Shown here: piece after piece, positions 16,293-25,423 of the stretch
How positions within the stretch are numbered: the stretch's first letter is position 1
Layout of the letters: each line of letters begins with the position of its first letter
DNA from: a virus
Lineage: Duplodnaviria; Caudoviricetes
Length of the DNA: 64,000 bases
Virus record (IMG/VR): IMGVR_UViG_3300027759_000043
Strand: one strand, 5' to 3'
Program-made: the position numbers and the translations under genes
The notes under the pieces: model-generated
Seen by the model: only the letters and a program-made list of their open reading frames with translations
The model's database searches: none
Told to the model about the DNA's origin: nothing

Positions 16293-17310
16293 TGTATATC
16301 AGCATTGGGATCCATTGAAGGTCTGTATAGTTGGGCGTAGTTATCCTCCAGAATTTTATAACTTTATTGCTGATACAAAAGTTCGCAATGTTATGGAGCG
16401 TATAGCCATAGAAACCGAAGAAGATTATCAAAAACTAATCAAATTATTAGAATCTTTTAATGTGAAGGTGTTGCGTCCAGAAATTGTTGAGTTTAGTAAT
16501 TATTTGGTGCCCGACAACTCTAAATACATCACTCCCCCAATGACCCCAAGAGATTATAGTATAATGCTGGGAGAACAATTTTATTTTAAAACTAATAGTT
16601 TTTCTGAATGGGAGATGTTGACCTGGGGCAAAGTCCTGGGAGAAATTCAACAACAAGGTAACAATGTAATTTTTTCAGCAGAGCCCGAATTTGAAAATTT
16701 TAATTCTGCTATGGCCACTAGAATTGGCAAAGACATATACCAAGGATCAGGAACCTATGATGAAGATCTAACAAAAAAAATGCAGGTGTACTCAAAAACA
16801 TACCCCGAACATCGTTGGCATGCCATCAATACCGGAGGTCATGCTGATGGTACTTTTTGTCCTGTTGTACCTGGATTAATTATCAGTCTCTATGACATTC
16901 CAACTTATGCCAAAACCTTTCCGGACTGGGAAGTTGTTTATTTGCCCGGACAAAGTTGGCATGCTATACCCGAGTTTGAAAAACTCAAAATCAAGAATGC
17001 TGGCAAATGGTGGGTACCAGGGCAAGAATTCAATGATGATTTTACTGAATTTGTTGAGTCATGGTTGAGTCATTGGGTAGGATATGTAGAAGAAACTGTG
17101 TTTGATGTCAACATGTTGGTAGTAGATCAAAAGAATGTGATCTGCAACAACTACAACCAACAGGTATTTGATGCACTAGAAAGACACGGAGTGACTCCAC
17201 ATATTGTGAACTTTAGACACAGATATTTCTGGGATGGTGGCTTGCATTGCATTACCAGTGATGTACATCGAGAAGGTACTATGCAAGATTATTTTCCAGA
17301 AAGAGGTTAA
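16285..17310 (+). CDS. Amidinotransferase family protein
   Basis: WDPLKVCIVG, PMTPRD, GHADGTF, RHRYFWDGGLHCIT motifs. Confidence 0.85.
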   Translation: MYNVYQHWDPLKVCIVGRSYPPEFYNFIADTKVRNVMERIAIETEEDYQKLIKLLESFNVKVLRPEIVEFSNYLVPDNSKYITPPMTPRDYSIMLGEQFYFKTNSFSEWEMLTWGKVLGEIQQQGNNVIFSAEPEFENFNSAMATRIGKDIYQGSGTYDEDLTKKMQVYSKTYPEHRWHAINTGGHADGTFCPVVPGLIISLYDIPTYAKTFPDWEVVYLPGQSWHAIPEFEKLKIKNAGKWWVPGQEFNDDFTEFVESWLSHWVGYVEETVFDVNMLVVDQKNVICNNYNQQVFDALERHGVTPHIVNFRHRYFWDGGLHCITSDVHREGTMQDYFPERG

Positions 17311-17311
17311 C

Positions 17312-17644
17312 ATGGATTTATACACAATTTGGGCAGACAAACAAGGTGACATAACAGATCTAGAATGGGTCACAGGAATGAAGAGTTTCTTTGATCATTT
17401 GATCTCAGAAGGCCGGATGGAAAGTTACAGAATCACAAGATGCAAAATGGGATTCCGTAGCATAGCCAACATGCCAGAATGGATGATTATCATGGAGTTC
17501 CATGACATGGGTCAGATGGATTCAGCATTCAAACGAGTGGCACCACTCGAAGGTGAACTCGAAGTCAAGCACAAAAGTTTCAACCAGTTTGTAGGGGGCA
17601 ATATACAACATGCCTTGTTTAGAGACTGGCCTGATCAGTTTTAA
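17312..17644 (+). CDS. Hypothetical dimeric alpha/beta-barrel-like protein (DUF6614-like)
   Basis: GAGG RBS; YRITRCKMGFRS...EWMIIMEF...LFRDWPD. Confidence 0.6.
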   Translation: MDLYTIWADKQGDITDLEWVTGMKSFFDHLISEGRMESYRITRCKMGFRSIANMPEWMIIMEFHDMGQMDSAFKRVAPLEGELEVKHKSFNQFVGGNIQHALFRDWPDQF

Positions 17645-17665
17645 TATTACAGAAATTCATATTAT

Positions 17666-18862
17666 ATGAAAAAATACGCTCATATTTCCAAGGCAGATTA
17701 TGATACAGTGGCTGGCCCAGACTGGCCACCGTTCTCTGAATTCCAACACAGTCTAGACGTTCCTGAATTTGTCTACGCCGAATTGGATAGTATGATCAGA
17801 CCACCTGAAGGATTTTCACATCCTACTTTTTGTGTTCTTCCTTTCTATGCCATGGAATATCCGCAACAAACACCGTGTTGTTTAATGTCAGCAGAAGAAT
17901 CTTTGAAAGAAGTTCAACAAAAAATGTTGGCAAAACAACGACCAATGTCATGCAAAAAATGTTGGCATTTGGAGGACAACGGTTTAAAAAGTGACCGTCA
18001 AATAAAAAATGAAACGTTGGACCATTTCAGCAATATTGATCTTGAACAATTGATAGAACAAAGTCTCCAAGGCAAAAACAAAACTGTTCATTACAAAGTT
18101 GATACCAGTAATACTTGTAATGCCGCCTGCGCATCTTGTAATGGGAATGCCAGTAGTACCTGGAATAAACTGCTGAAAAAAAATAATTTTACAGCATTTA
18201 AAGATTGGAAAATTTTACCCGAACAAACCTCTAACTGGATTGATTACACAAATGCTGTGTCTTTATCATTTAGAGGAGGCGAGTCGTTTCTTAGCAATAC
18301 TAATTTTTACATACTTGAGCAACTGATTGCACACAACAATACCGACTGTTTTGTAAGTTTTGTGACTAATGGAAGTTTTCGTTTGACAAAAAGTCAGAAA
18401 GCCATCTTGTCACAATTTAAAAATTTAAATTTTTGTTTCAGCATTGACGGCATAGGTTCAACATTTGAATATCTAAGATGGCCATTGAAATGGACAGATA
18501 TTGAACACAATATCTCATGGTGTAAAACAAATCATATAGACATTAGCGTGAGTTATACCTTGAGCAATTTAAATTTATTATATTATCCACAAACTATACA
18601 ATGGTTCAAAGATAATGACTTAAATTATTTGGTTAGTCCAGTTGTTTCACCCAAGCATTTTCGTCCCCAATCACTGTCGGCTGAAGTAAAACAAAAATTT
18701 CATAGTCATCCAAATCATGAATATTTTGCCCCATGGTTGACACACGAGTCAACTGATAATGAGTTATTTGCTGAGTTCGAATTTGAAATAGCCAGGCAAG
18801 ACAAAATGAAAAATATTTCCATACGCAATTATTTGCCCGAACTAGTTGGACTGTTGGACTAG
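17666..18862 (+). CDS. Radical SAM protein with twitch/SPASM-like domain
   Basis: CNAACASC, FRGGESFL and FSIDG motifs; FCVLPF...PCC...CKKCW. Confidence 0.88.
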   Translation: MKKYAHISKADYDTVAGPDWPPFSEFQHSLDVPEFVYAELDSMIRPPEGFSHPTFCVLPFYAMEYPQQTPCCLMSAEESLKEVQQKMLAKQRPMSCKKCWHLEDNGLKSDRQIKNETLDHFSNIDLEQLIEQSLQGKNKTVHYKVDTSNTCNAACASCNGNASSTWNKLLKKNNFTAFKDWKILPEQTSNWIDYTNAVSLSFRGGESFLSNTNFYILEQLIAHNNTDCFVSFVTNGSFRLTKSQKAILSQFKNLNFCFSIDGIGSTFEYLRWPLKWTDIEHNISWCKTNHIDISVSYTLSNLNLLYYPQTIQWFKDNDLNYLVSPVVSPKHFRPQSLSAEVKQKFHSHPNHEYFAPWLTHESTDNELFAEFEFEIARQDKMKNISIRNYLPELVGLLD

Positions 18863-18879
18863 TAATACTAGAGTATTAC
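18862..18879. promoter_or_regulatory. Palindromic operator-like motif (perfect)
   Basis: GTAATACT-AG-AGTATTAC, 1 nt upstream of the -35 box. Confidence 0.65.
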
Positions 18880-18880
18880 A

Positions 18881-18909
18881 TTGACTCATAATCATGTTTC
18901 TGCTATAAT
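18881..18909 (+). promoter_or_regulatory. Sigma70-type promoter, leaderless transcript
   Basis: TTGACT-17-TATAAT; ATG 7 nt downstream. Confidence 0.85.
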
Positions 18910-18915
18910 GTAGAC

Positions 18916-19146
18916 ATGTTTAAGACTTCTCAGGGTCGATCCTATAAAACTTTGCGTCCAAGTGATGCTGACTTCACGTTCTCGCCCAATGGCATAACAC
19001 TGGTGCCACGGGCAGAGATTGAAGTCTCGATCAATTGCCCTGACAACTATTTTCAGATTCTTCAGACTTGCATCAACAAAGGATGGGTCAAGCCCATTGC
19101 TCACATGCGCGACACTGAATATACCATGGAGTTACTACGCAAATGA
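18916..19146 (+). CDS. Hypothetical protein
   Basis: ATG at the predicted TSS. Confidence 0.7.
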   Translation: MFKTSQGRSYKTLRPSDADFTFSPNGITLVPRAEIEVSINCPDNYFQILQTCINKGWVKPIAHMRDTEYTMELLRK

Positions 19147-19535
19147 CTATGCACTTACATCATCCTAGCCTCAGCCTCAACGGTAAGAAGCGCGGCAAGA
19201 CGAAATTTCGTAACGCCGAAGAAGCACAACGTGCTAGAGAACTTGATGCTAGTTGGAAAGAATTAAAAAAGAAGTGGGAAGTGGACGCAGAAGAAAAGCG
19301 TCGCAGTCGTGCCATGAAGGCCGAGCCCTTGATATACAAATTGTCTGCGCCAGAAGGCCGTATGACCACGCATCATATTCCCAGTGTCAACACAGGTGGC
19401 AATGCTACCTTGGCTCCGGCCAAAGTTTACACAGGTACCAAGGTCAAGGGTATTGCTACCATGCACAAGTCAAATGCGGTGCCTGTGTTTTCAGATGAAG
19501 AAGCCGTAGAAATTTCCAGGATGCGACGTGGATAA
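19143..19535 (+). CDS. Conserved T4-like-phage hypothetical protein
   Basis: C-terminal KVYTGTKVKGIATMHKSNAVPVF motif, recalled from T4-like phages. Confidence 0.8.
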   Translation: MTMHLHHPSLSLNGKKRGKTKFRNAEEAQRARELDASWKELKKKWEVDAEEKRRSRAMKAEPLIYKLSAPEGRMTTHHIPSVNTGGNATLAPAKVYTGTKVKGIATMHKSNAVPVFSDEEAVEISRMRRG

Positions 19536-19781
19536 ATGACTCGTTGTCGATTTGATTATAAAGACCGTGACCAGGTGTTAAAATGGCTAGAAGAAAACAT
19601 ACAAGAAAATTATCACAAAGACGGCAGTAGATACAATATGAGCACTATTAGTCAATTTATTGAATGGCGCAGTCAAGATTTAGAAAGTTGGGTTATGAGA
19701 GTTGCAGGAACTCCGCCTCAAGGACATGTAGAAATCATGGATGAAGGACTTGCGGCCATGTTTGCATTGAGATGGCGATGA
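19536..19781 (+). CDS. Small FxLRW-family protein 6 (dispersed copy)
   Basis: Ends DEGLAAMFALRWR. Confidence 0.7.
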   Translation: MTRCRFDYKDRDQVLKWLEENIQENYHKDGSRYNMSTISQFIEWRSQDLESWVMRVAGTPPQGHVEIMDEGLAAMFALRWR

Positions 19782-20200
19782 TTAAAAAACGTTTATTAAC
19801 CTACAAAGGAGATTTTGTCATGGGTGGTATGTGGGAAAAAGATGAGGTGGTACGCTTGCTCAGAAGCCAGCCGGGCACACAATATCAAGAAGCAGATGAC
19901 GTTGTTAAAGAACAGATCCGTGAATGGGTCCGTGGTCTTTTACAAAACAGTGAGATCAATGTGACCTTTACCAAGGCAGATGGTACTGACCGTGACATGC
20001 TGTGTACGTTAGATCACAGTAGAATTCCAGTCAGCATAACCAAGCCGGTATCAGTGGACGGCATTGTGCGTGAGAGCCGGAAACCCAAAAAGGAACCCGA
20101 CCCTCACAGTATTCGAGTATTTGATTTGGAAAAGCAGGAGTGGCGCAGTTTCCGTTTTGAACGACTCAAAAAGGTCACAGCCACCCTGAATTTTCAATAA
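19772..20200 (+). CDS. WYL_2/DUF2693-like SH3-fold protein
   Basis: VTFTKADGTDRDMLCTL...IRVFDLEKQEWRSFRFERL. Confidence 0.75.
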   Translation: MAMIKKRLLTYKGDFVMGGMWEKDEVVRLLRSQPGTQYQEADDVVKEQIREWVRGLLQNSEINVTFTKADGTDRDMLCTLDHSRIPVSITKPVSVDGIVRESRKPKKEPDPHSIRVFDLEKQEWRSFRFERLKKVTATLNFQ

Positions 20201-20210
20201 GTAATTGCTT

Positions 20211-20429
20211 ATGGCAAAAGAAGATATTATAAACATGGAAGGTCGGGTAGAGGAAGTGTTACCGGCCACTATGTTTAGGGTCAAGTTAGACAACATTGAT
20301 GCACTGGTATTGGGACACTTATCAGGACGTATGCGCAAGAACAACATCAAAGTGCTCCTGGGTGATAGAGTCGAAATGGAATTTAGTCCATACGATCTCA
20401 CCAAAGGACGTATCACTCGCCGCAAATAA
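20211..20429 (+). CDS. infA: Translation initiation factor IF-1
   Basis: MAKEDII...EGRVEEVLP...FRVKL...[28 protein letters not shown]. Confidence 0.95.
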   Translation: MAKEDIINMEGRVEEVLPATMFRVKLDNIDALVLGHLSGRMRKNNIKVLLGDRVEMEFSPYDLTKGRITRRK

Positions 20430-20432
20430 ATA
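20427..20432 (+). promoter_or_regulatory. T4-like late promoter core TAAATA
   Basis: TAAATA 5 nt before the SOD ATG. The same core precedes many late genes in this window. Confidence 0.65.
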
Positions 20433-20436
20433 CAAC

Positions 20437-20979
20437 ATGCGTGAACACATCGATTTATTAGAAGCAACTACCCGTCCATCTAAATTGGAAACAACTCCCT
20501 TGCCCTATGGCCGAGATGAACTGAATCCTGTCATGAGCGGGGACACAATTGACTATCATTTTGAGCATTTGGCCAAGGGCTATGCCAAACGTTATAATGA
20601 AGGTGAAGGCGATGCAGATTTTAATCGTGCTGGCAGTTTTCTGCACAATAAGTTTTTCCCACAATTACAACCCCCAAAAGGAACCAATCGCCCACGTGGC
20701 GCAGTATTGGAACTGATCGAGCGCAAGTTCAAGAGTTACGAAAACTTCCAGGACGAAGTCAAAAAGACAGCAATGAAGATTCAAGGTTCGGGCTGGGTTT
20801 ATTTAAGCACCGGCGGCGAGATCAAAACGATCCGGAACCATGCGGTACGTACAGATATATGTGTACTTATTGATTGGTGGGAACATGCCTGGGCGTTAGA
20901 CTATCAGTGGGAAAAAGAAAAATATCTTGACAACATCTGGCGTATCATCAATTGGGACGTCTGTTCTGATAGACTATAA
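20437..20979 (+). CDS. sod: Fe/Mn superoxide dismutase (divergent)
   Basis: LPYGRDELNP, YHFEH, FLHNKFF, QGSGWVYL and IDWWEHA motifs. Confidence 0.88.
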   Translation: MREHIDLLEATTRPSKLETTPLPYGRDELNPVMSGDTIDYHFEHLAKGYAKRYNEGEGDADFNRAGSFLHNKFFPQLQPPKGTNRPRGAVLELIERKFKSYENFQDEVKKTAMKIQGSGWVYLSTGGEIKTIRNHAVRTDICVLIDWWEHAWALDYQWEKEKYLDNIWRIINWDVCSDRL

Positions 20980-20991
20980 AGTAGGTACATT

Positions 20992-21312
20992 ATGAAACTA
21001 GAATCTGGCGCAGTTGAAAAACTCCGTGAACTTGTGGCTGAAGAAGGCAATCCCAATCTCATGCTACGAGTGTTTGTACAGGGCGGCGGCTGTTCGGGTA
21101 TGAGTTATGGTTTCACGTTTGATGAAGTTAAAAACGAAGATGACTTTGACTTTGCCTACGAAGAAGTACAAGTTGTAGTTGACAGTATGAGCATGCAGTA
21201 CCTACAGGGTGCCACAATCAACTACAAAGACGACATCATGGGAAGTAGTTTTGTAATTGACAATCCCAACGCCATCACCTCCTGCGGTTGTGGGTCAAGT
21301 TTCTCAGTATAG
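20992..21312 (+). CDS. erpA: A-type Fe-S carrier (ErpA/IscA/HesB)
   Basis: [17 protein letters not shown]...[14 protein letters not shown]...[14 protein letters not shown]. Confidence 0.92.
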   Translation: MKLESGAVEKLRELVAEEGNPNLMLRVFVQGGGCSGMSYGFTFDEVKNEDDFDFAYEEVQVVVDSMSMQYLQGATINYKDDIMGSSFVIDNPNAITSCGCGSSFSV

Positions 21313-21340
21313 CCCCTAGCACATAGACCTTCTCTGCCGC

Positions 21341-21346
21341 TAAATA
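21341..21346 (+). promoter_or_regulatory. T4-like late promoter core inside an RBS-sequestering hairpin
   Basis: CTCTGC-cgcTAAATAca-GCAGAG; the GAGGA RBS overlaps the 3' arm. Confidence 0.6.
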
Positions 21347-21365
21347 CAGCAGAGGATACAGATCT

Positions 21366-23093
21366 ATGACTCAAGAAGTAATCGATATAGGGACCGCGCC
21401 AAATGACGGCTTGGGCGATCCGCTACGCACAGCATTTGCCAAAACCAACAATAATTTCAGTCAACTTTTTTCCACAGCAGGCGTGAGTGGTATTGCCAAT
21501 GGTTCTAGTAACGTAAACATTCCACAGGCAAACGGAAATGTAGTTATTTCTTCAGCAGGCTTTCCTAATGTTTTGATAGTGGCTGGTAATGCTGTGTATT
21601 CTACAGGCACACTAAATTCCACAGGTTTAGCCACACTTAGCAATCTCAGTGTAACTGGTGCTGTGATCAGTACCGGAACAATTCAAGGTTTAGGTGCCGT
21701 GACTGCGGTTACTGTGACAGCATCGGGCAATTTGTCTGCTAACAATGCTGTGATAACTGGCAACGTCACTGGAGGACTATTTACAGGTAACGGTGCAGGT
21801 TTAACTGGGGTAATTGCTACAGGCAATGTGGGTGCGGCAACACAATTGACCAATGGCACTACCACAATGAACATTCCGGTTGCCAATGGCAATATGATTG
21901 GCAACGTAGGCGGTGTGCTCAATATCTTTACTTTGAGCACTGGCGGACTAGGGATCACAGGGATTGTCAGTGCATCAGGTAACGTAACTGGTGGTAATAT
22001 ACGAACAGCCGGGCTAGTATCTGCAACTGGCAACATTATCGGCAACTATATTTTGGGTAATGGCGCTTGTCTAAGTGGCGTTCTTACCTCGGTTGCCAAT
22101 ATCAACAATGGCACAAGTAATGTTACTGTAGTAAGTTCGGGTGGTAACATTTCGGTTGGTGTCAGTGGAAATGCAAACGTGACAGTATTTTCCTCTACAG
22201 GACAATTTGTTCAAGGTACAATAAGTGCAAGCGGTAATATTCAAGGTGATACCTTTTTGACCAGTGGAGTTGTTAGTGCCACAGGCAACATTACAGGTGG
22301 CAATATATTAACAGGCGGCGTTGTTTCAGCAACTGCTAATGTAAACGGTGGTAACTTATTGACCGGTGGATTGATCAGTGCCGCTTCAACAATCACTGGT
22401 TCTGCCAACATAACTGGTGGTAACTTATTGACCGGTGGATTGATCAGTGCCGCTTCAACAATCACTGGTTCTGCCAACATAACTGGTGGTAACATACTAA
22501 CAGGTGGATTAATATCTGCAACTGCTAACGTAACAGGTGGCAACGTATTGACAGGTGGCATTGTGAGTGCCACAGGCAATGTGCTAGGCAACGTGTTTAC
22601 TGTGAATTTAGGCAACACCACCACTGCCATTATCAACGGTGGTGGCAATGCTGTGGGCAACATTGGATCAAGTAGCAAGTATTTTAATCAGGTGTTTGCC
22701 CAAGCAACAACGGCATTGTATGCTGACTTGGCCGAAGTGTATGCCGCTGATGCAGAATACGCTCCAGGTACTGTTGTGAGTTTTGGCGGTGATCAAGAAG
22801 TCACAAGATCCGTTGTGGAAGATGATAATCGAGTGGCTGGTGTGATATCCGAAAAACCCAGTTACCTAATGAATTCAGGACTTGAAGCAGAACATCGTGC
22901 CGCAGTAGCATTAACAGGTCGTGTGCCAACCTTGGTGATTGGTCCTGTGCGCAAAGGTGACATGATGGTGTCAGCCGGCAACGGTTGGGCACGAGCAAGT
23001 GCAACACCGGCCATGGGCACAGTGATTGGCAAGGCATTGAAAAACTTCGATGGCGATTCGGGCATAATTGAAATTGTTGTAGGAAGAATGTAA
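21366..23093 (+). CDS. Baseplate/tail-fibre protein with C-terminal peptidase-G2-like chaperone domain
   Basis: N-terminal IDIGTAPNDGLGDPLRTAF; Gly/Thr/Asn repeats; C-terminal ADLAE.Y...PGTVV...VALTGRVP. Confidence 0.8.
   Translation: MTQEVIDIGTAPNDGLGDPLRTAFAKTNNNFSQLFSTAGVSGIANGSSNVNIPQANGNVVISSAGFPNVLIVAGNAVYSTGTLNSTGLATLSNLSVTGAVISTGTIQGLGAVTAVTVTASGNLSANNAVITGNVTGGLFTGNGAGLTGVIATGNVGAATQLTNGTTTMNIPVANGNMIGNVGGVLNIFTLSTGGLGITGIVSASGNVTGGNIRTAGLVSATGNIIGNYILGNGACLSGVLTSVANINNGTSNVTVVSSGGNISVGVSGNANVTVFSSTGQFVQGTISASGNIQGDTFLTSGVVSATGNITGGNILTGGVVSATANVNGGNLLTGGLISAASTITGSANITGGNLLTGGLISAASTITGSANITGGNILTGGLISATANVTGGNVLTGGIVSATGNVLGNVFTVNLGNTTTAIINGGGNAVGNIGSSSKYFNQVFAQATTALYADLAEVYAADAEYAPGTVVSFGGDQEVTRSVVEDDNRVAGVISEKPSYLMNSGLEAEHRAAVALTGRVPTLVIGPVRKGDMMVSAGNGWARASATPAMGTVIGKALKNFDGDSGIIEIVVGRM
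22347..22493 (+). repeat. Exact in-frame 69-nt tandem duplication (2 copies plus 9 nt)
   Basis: 22347-22415 equals 22416-22484, encoding GGNLLTGGLISAASTITGSANIT twice. Confidence 0.95.
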
Positions 23094-25390
23094 TGGCACA
23101 ACCGCAGTGGCAAACAGCCGCAGGCCATTTGGGCACCATACCTGAAGGTGTTTTTTACCAAATTCAATTGGTGGCAACGGATCCAGATCATCCTCTTGAT
23201 CCCACCGCGGTAACCTATAGAGTAATTGCAGGTGCTTTGCCCTTGGGTATTCAATGTACCACAACCGGAATGCTTGAAGGTGTCCCTTATGTTATTAATG
23301 GTATAAACAACGTCGACAGCAGATTTGTAATAAGAGCAAGTACCAATACTGTCCCACCACGCTTTGCCGACAGAACTTTTGATTTCACAGTACTGTCACA
23401 GGTGCCACCAGTGTTTGTAACTCCAGCCGGTAATGTGGGCACATTCTATGATGGCGCTCCTATCGCTCCCATACAGATTGATATTTCAGATCCCAATCCC
23501 GGTGATAATGTTGTGATATCTCTAGTGGCTGGCAGTCTGCCACCAGGACTGACCTTGAGTGCAACCGGATTGATTTCAGGGTATATCATCCCATTAGTAC
23601 CAGTTACTCAAACTCCTGGATTTGACACAACGCCGTTTGATCAGTACCCATTTGATTTTGGTGTTAATAGTCTCAGTACCAATTATCAATTCACACTGGA
23701 AGTCAACGACGGTAGAGAAACCAACATACGCACATTTGAAATCTACGTTTATAGTCGCAGTAGTCTCACAGCCGACACTATAGAATTCACTGCTGACAAT
23801 ACGTTTATTACTGCTGACGAAACCAACCTCTACACACCGTTTATTGTTAATTCTGAGCCCAGTAACCTGGGCACTGTGCGCAGTGACAACTTCTGGGCAT
23901 ATCAATTCATTGGTCTGGACTTTGACAACGACGTAATGGAATATCAAGAATACCCAATTGACGGATCTACTAGCACGTTGCCACCAGGTACCACTCTTGA
24001 CCTACAAACAGGATGGTTGTATGGTTATCTACCGTACCTGGGTGCCACAGAAAATACATATGACTTTGCTATCACTGTGAGAAAAGCCTATGATGCACAA
24101 TATCGTAGCGATCCATATTACTTTTCACTGACTGTGGTTGGACAAGTCAACACTGACGTCACTTGGTTAACACCTAGTAACCTTGGTACAATCATAAATG
24201 GTAGCACAAGTACTTTATACGTGGCAGCGGTCAATACCTTGGGTGGTCGCGTTCTGCAATATAGATTGGATCCGTTGGCAGTTAATGAAATCCCGCCGGG
24301 ACTTGAGTTATTGTCATCGGGAGAAATTGCCGGGCGTGTGACTTTCAACACTTTTGCTCTGGACCTTGGAACCACTACATTTGATCATGGTACCACCACA
24401 TTTGATGCCACCTACACATTCACAGTAAATGCCTACAGCCAAGATGGCCTGGTCAGTGTGTTTAAAACGTTCTCAATAACTGTGTTGCATGTTTACGGTG
24501 AGCCATACGAAGATCTCTACATCAAGTGTATGCCCCCACAAAGTGATAGAGATTTGATCAATCAGTTGATACAGAATCAGGATATCATTCCTGTAGACCT
24601 GGTGTATCGTGTGAATGATCCCAACTTTGGTGTGGCCAAAAATGTTGTGTATCATCATGCATATGGACTCACGGCTGCCACCTATGAGGCTTATGTCAGC
24701 AGTTTGGTAATCAATCACTACTGGAAAAATCTTGTGTTGGGATCAATCAAAACAGCCCAAGCACTAGATGATGCAGGCAATGTACTTTACGAAGTGGTGT
24801 ATAGTCAAGTGATAGACGACTTGGTAAATGATGCAGGCGAAAGTGTGAGCAAGAGTGTTGACTTACCTTACCCTATCAATCAATTTGATTCAACCGAGAT
24901 CAGCACAGTGTATCCCAACAGCCTGATCAACATGCGAGATCAAGTGATTGATGTTGTGGGACAAATTTCAAACATCTTGCCACGCTGGATGTTGAGCAAA
25001 CAAGTTGACGGCAAAGTGCTAGGATTTACCCCAGCCTGGGTGATCGCTTACTGCAAACCCGGTAAGTCTGGACAGGTGGCCTACAACATAGCCCAACAGT
25101 TTGGAGAAAAACTGAACTTAATTGATTTTGAAGTTGATCGTTACGAATTGGATCGACTGTTAACTCACAACTGGAATCCAACAGTGCAAAGATGGGTGGG
25201 TACCGTACCAGATACCTACTCCAATACTGATTCATATGATCAGTATTTGTTATTTCCACGTAGAAATATTCTTAGTCCAATAATTGTAACACCGAATCCT
25301 AATATTCCTGTAAACTGGCTGAACAATTCGGCTGAGATTGTAGAATGGAACAATGATTTAGATCAGCCAGTGGGTTGGAAAAATTACTAA
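23093..25390 (+). CDS. Virion structural protein with Ig-like (He_PIG-type) repeats
   Basis: Repeated G.LP.GL.L...G.ISG units. Confidence 0.8.
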   Translation: MAQPQWQTAAGHLGTIPEGVFYQIQLVATDPDHPLDPTAVTYRVIAGALPLGIQCTTTGMLEGVPYVINGINNVDSRFVIRASTNTVPPRFADRTFDFTVLSQVPPVFVTPAGNVGTFYDGAPIAPIQIDISDPNPGDNVVISLVAGSLPPGLTLSATGLISGYIIPLVPVTQTPGFDTTPFDQYPFDFGVNSLSTNYQFTLEVNDGRETNIRTFEIYVYSRSSLTADTIEFTADNTFITADETNLYTPFIVNSEPSNLGTVRSDNFWAYQFIGLDFDNDVMEYQEYPIDGSTSTLPPGTTLDLQTGWLYGYLPYLGATENTYDFAITVRKAYDAQYRSDPYYFSLTVVGQVNTDVTWLTPSNLGTIINGSTSTLYVAAVNTLGGRVLQYRLDPLAVNEIPPGLELLSSGEIAGRVTFNTFALDLGTTTFDHGTTTFDATYTFTVNAYSQDGLVSVFKTFSITVLHVYGEPYEDLYIKCMPPQSDRDLINQLIQNQDIIPVDLVYRVNDPNFGVAKNVVYHHAYGLTAATYEAYVSSLVINHYWKNLVLGSIKTAQALDDAGNVLYEVVYSQVIDDLVNDAGESVSKSVDLPYPINQFDSTEISTVYPNSLINMRDQVIDVVGQISNILPRWMLSKQVDGKVLGFTPAWVIAYCKPGKSGQVAYNIAQQFGEKLNLIDFEVDRYELDRLLTHNWNPTVQRWVGTVPDTYSNTDSYDQYLLFPRRNILSPIIVTPNPNIPVNWLNNSAEIVEWNNDLDQPVGWKNY

Positions 25391-25423
25391 TAAATAGATT
25401 AATAACTTAAAAGAGATATCATA

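Noticed and set aside
22347-22493. 69-nt direct repeat considered as a CRISPR array
   Set aside because: The copies are contiguous with no spacers, in frame within a fibre gene, and no cas genes are present.
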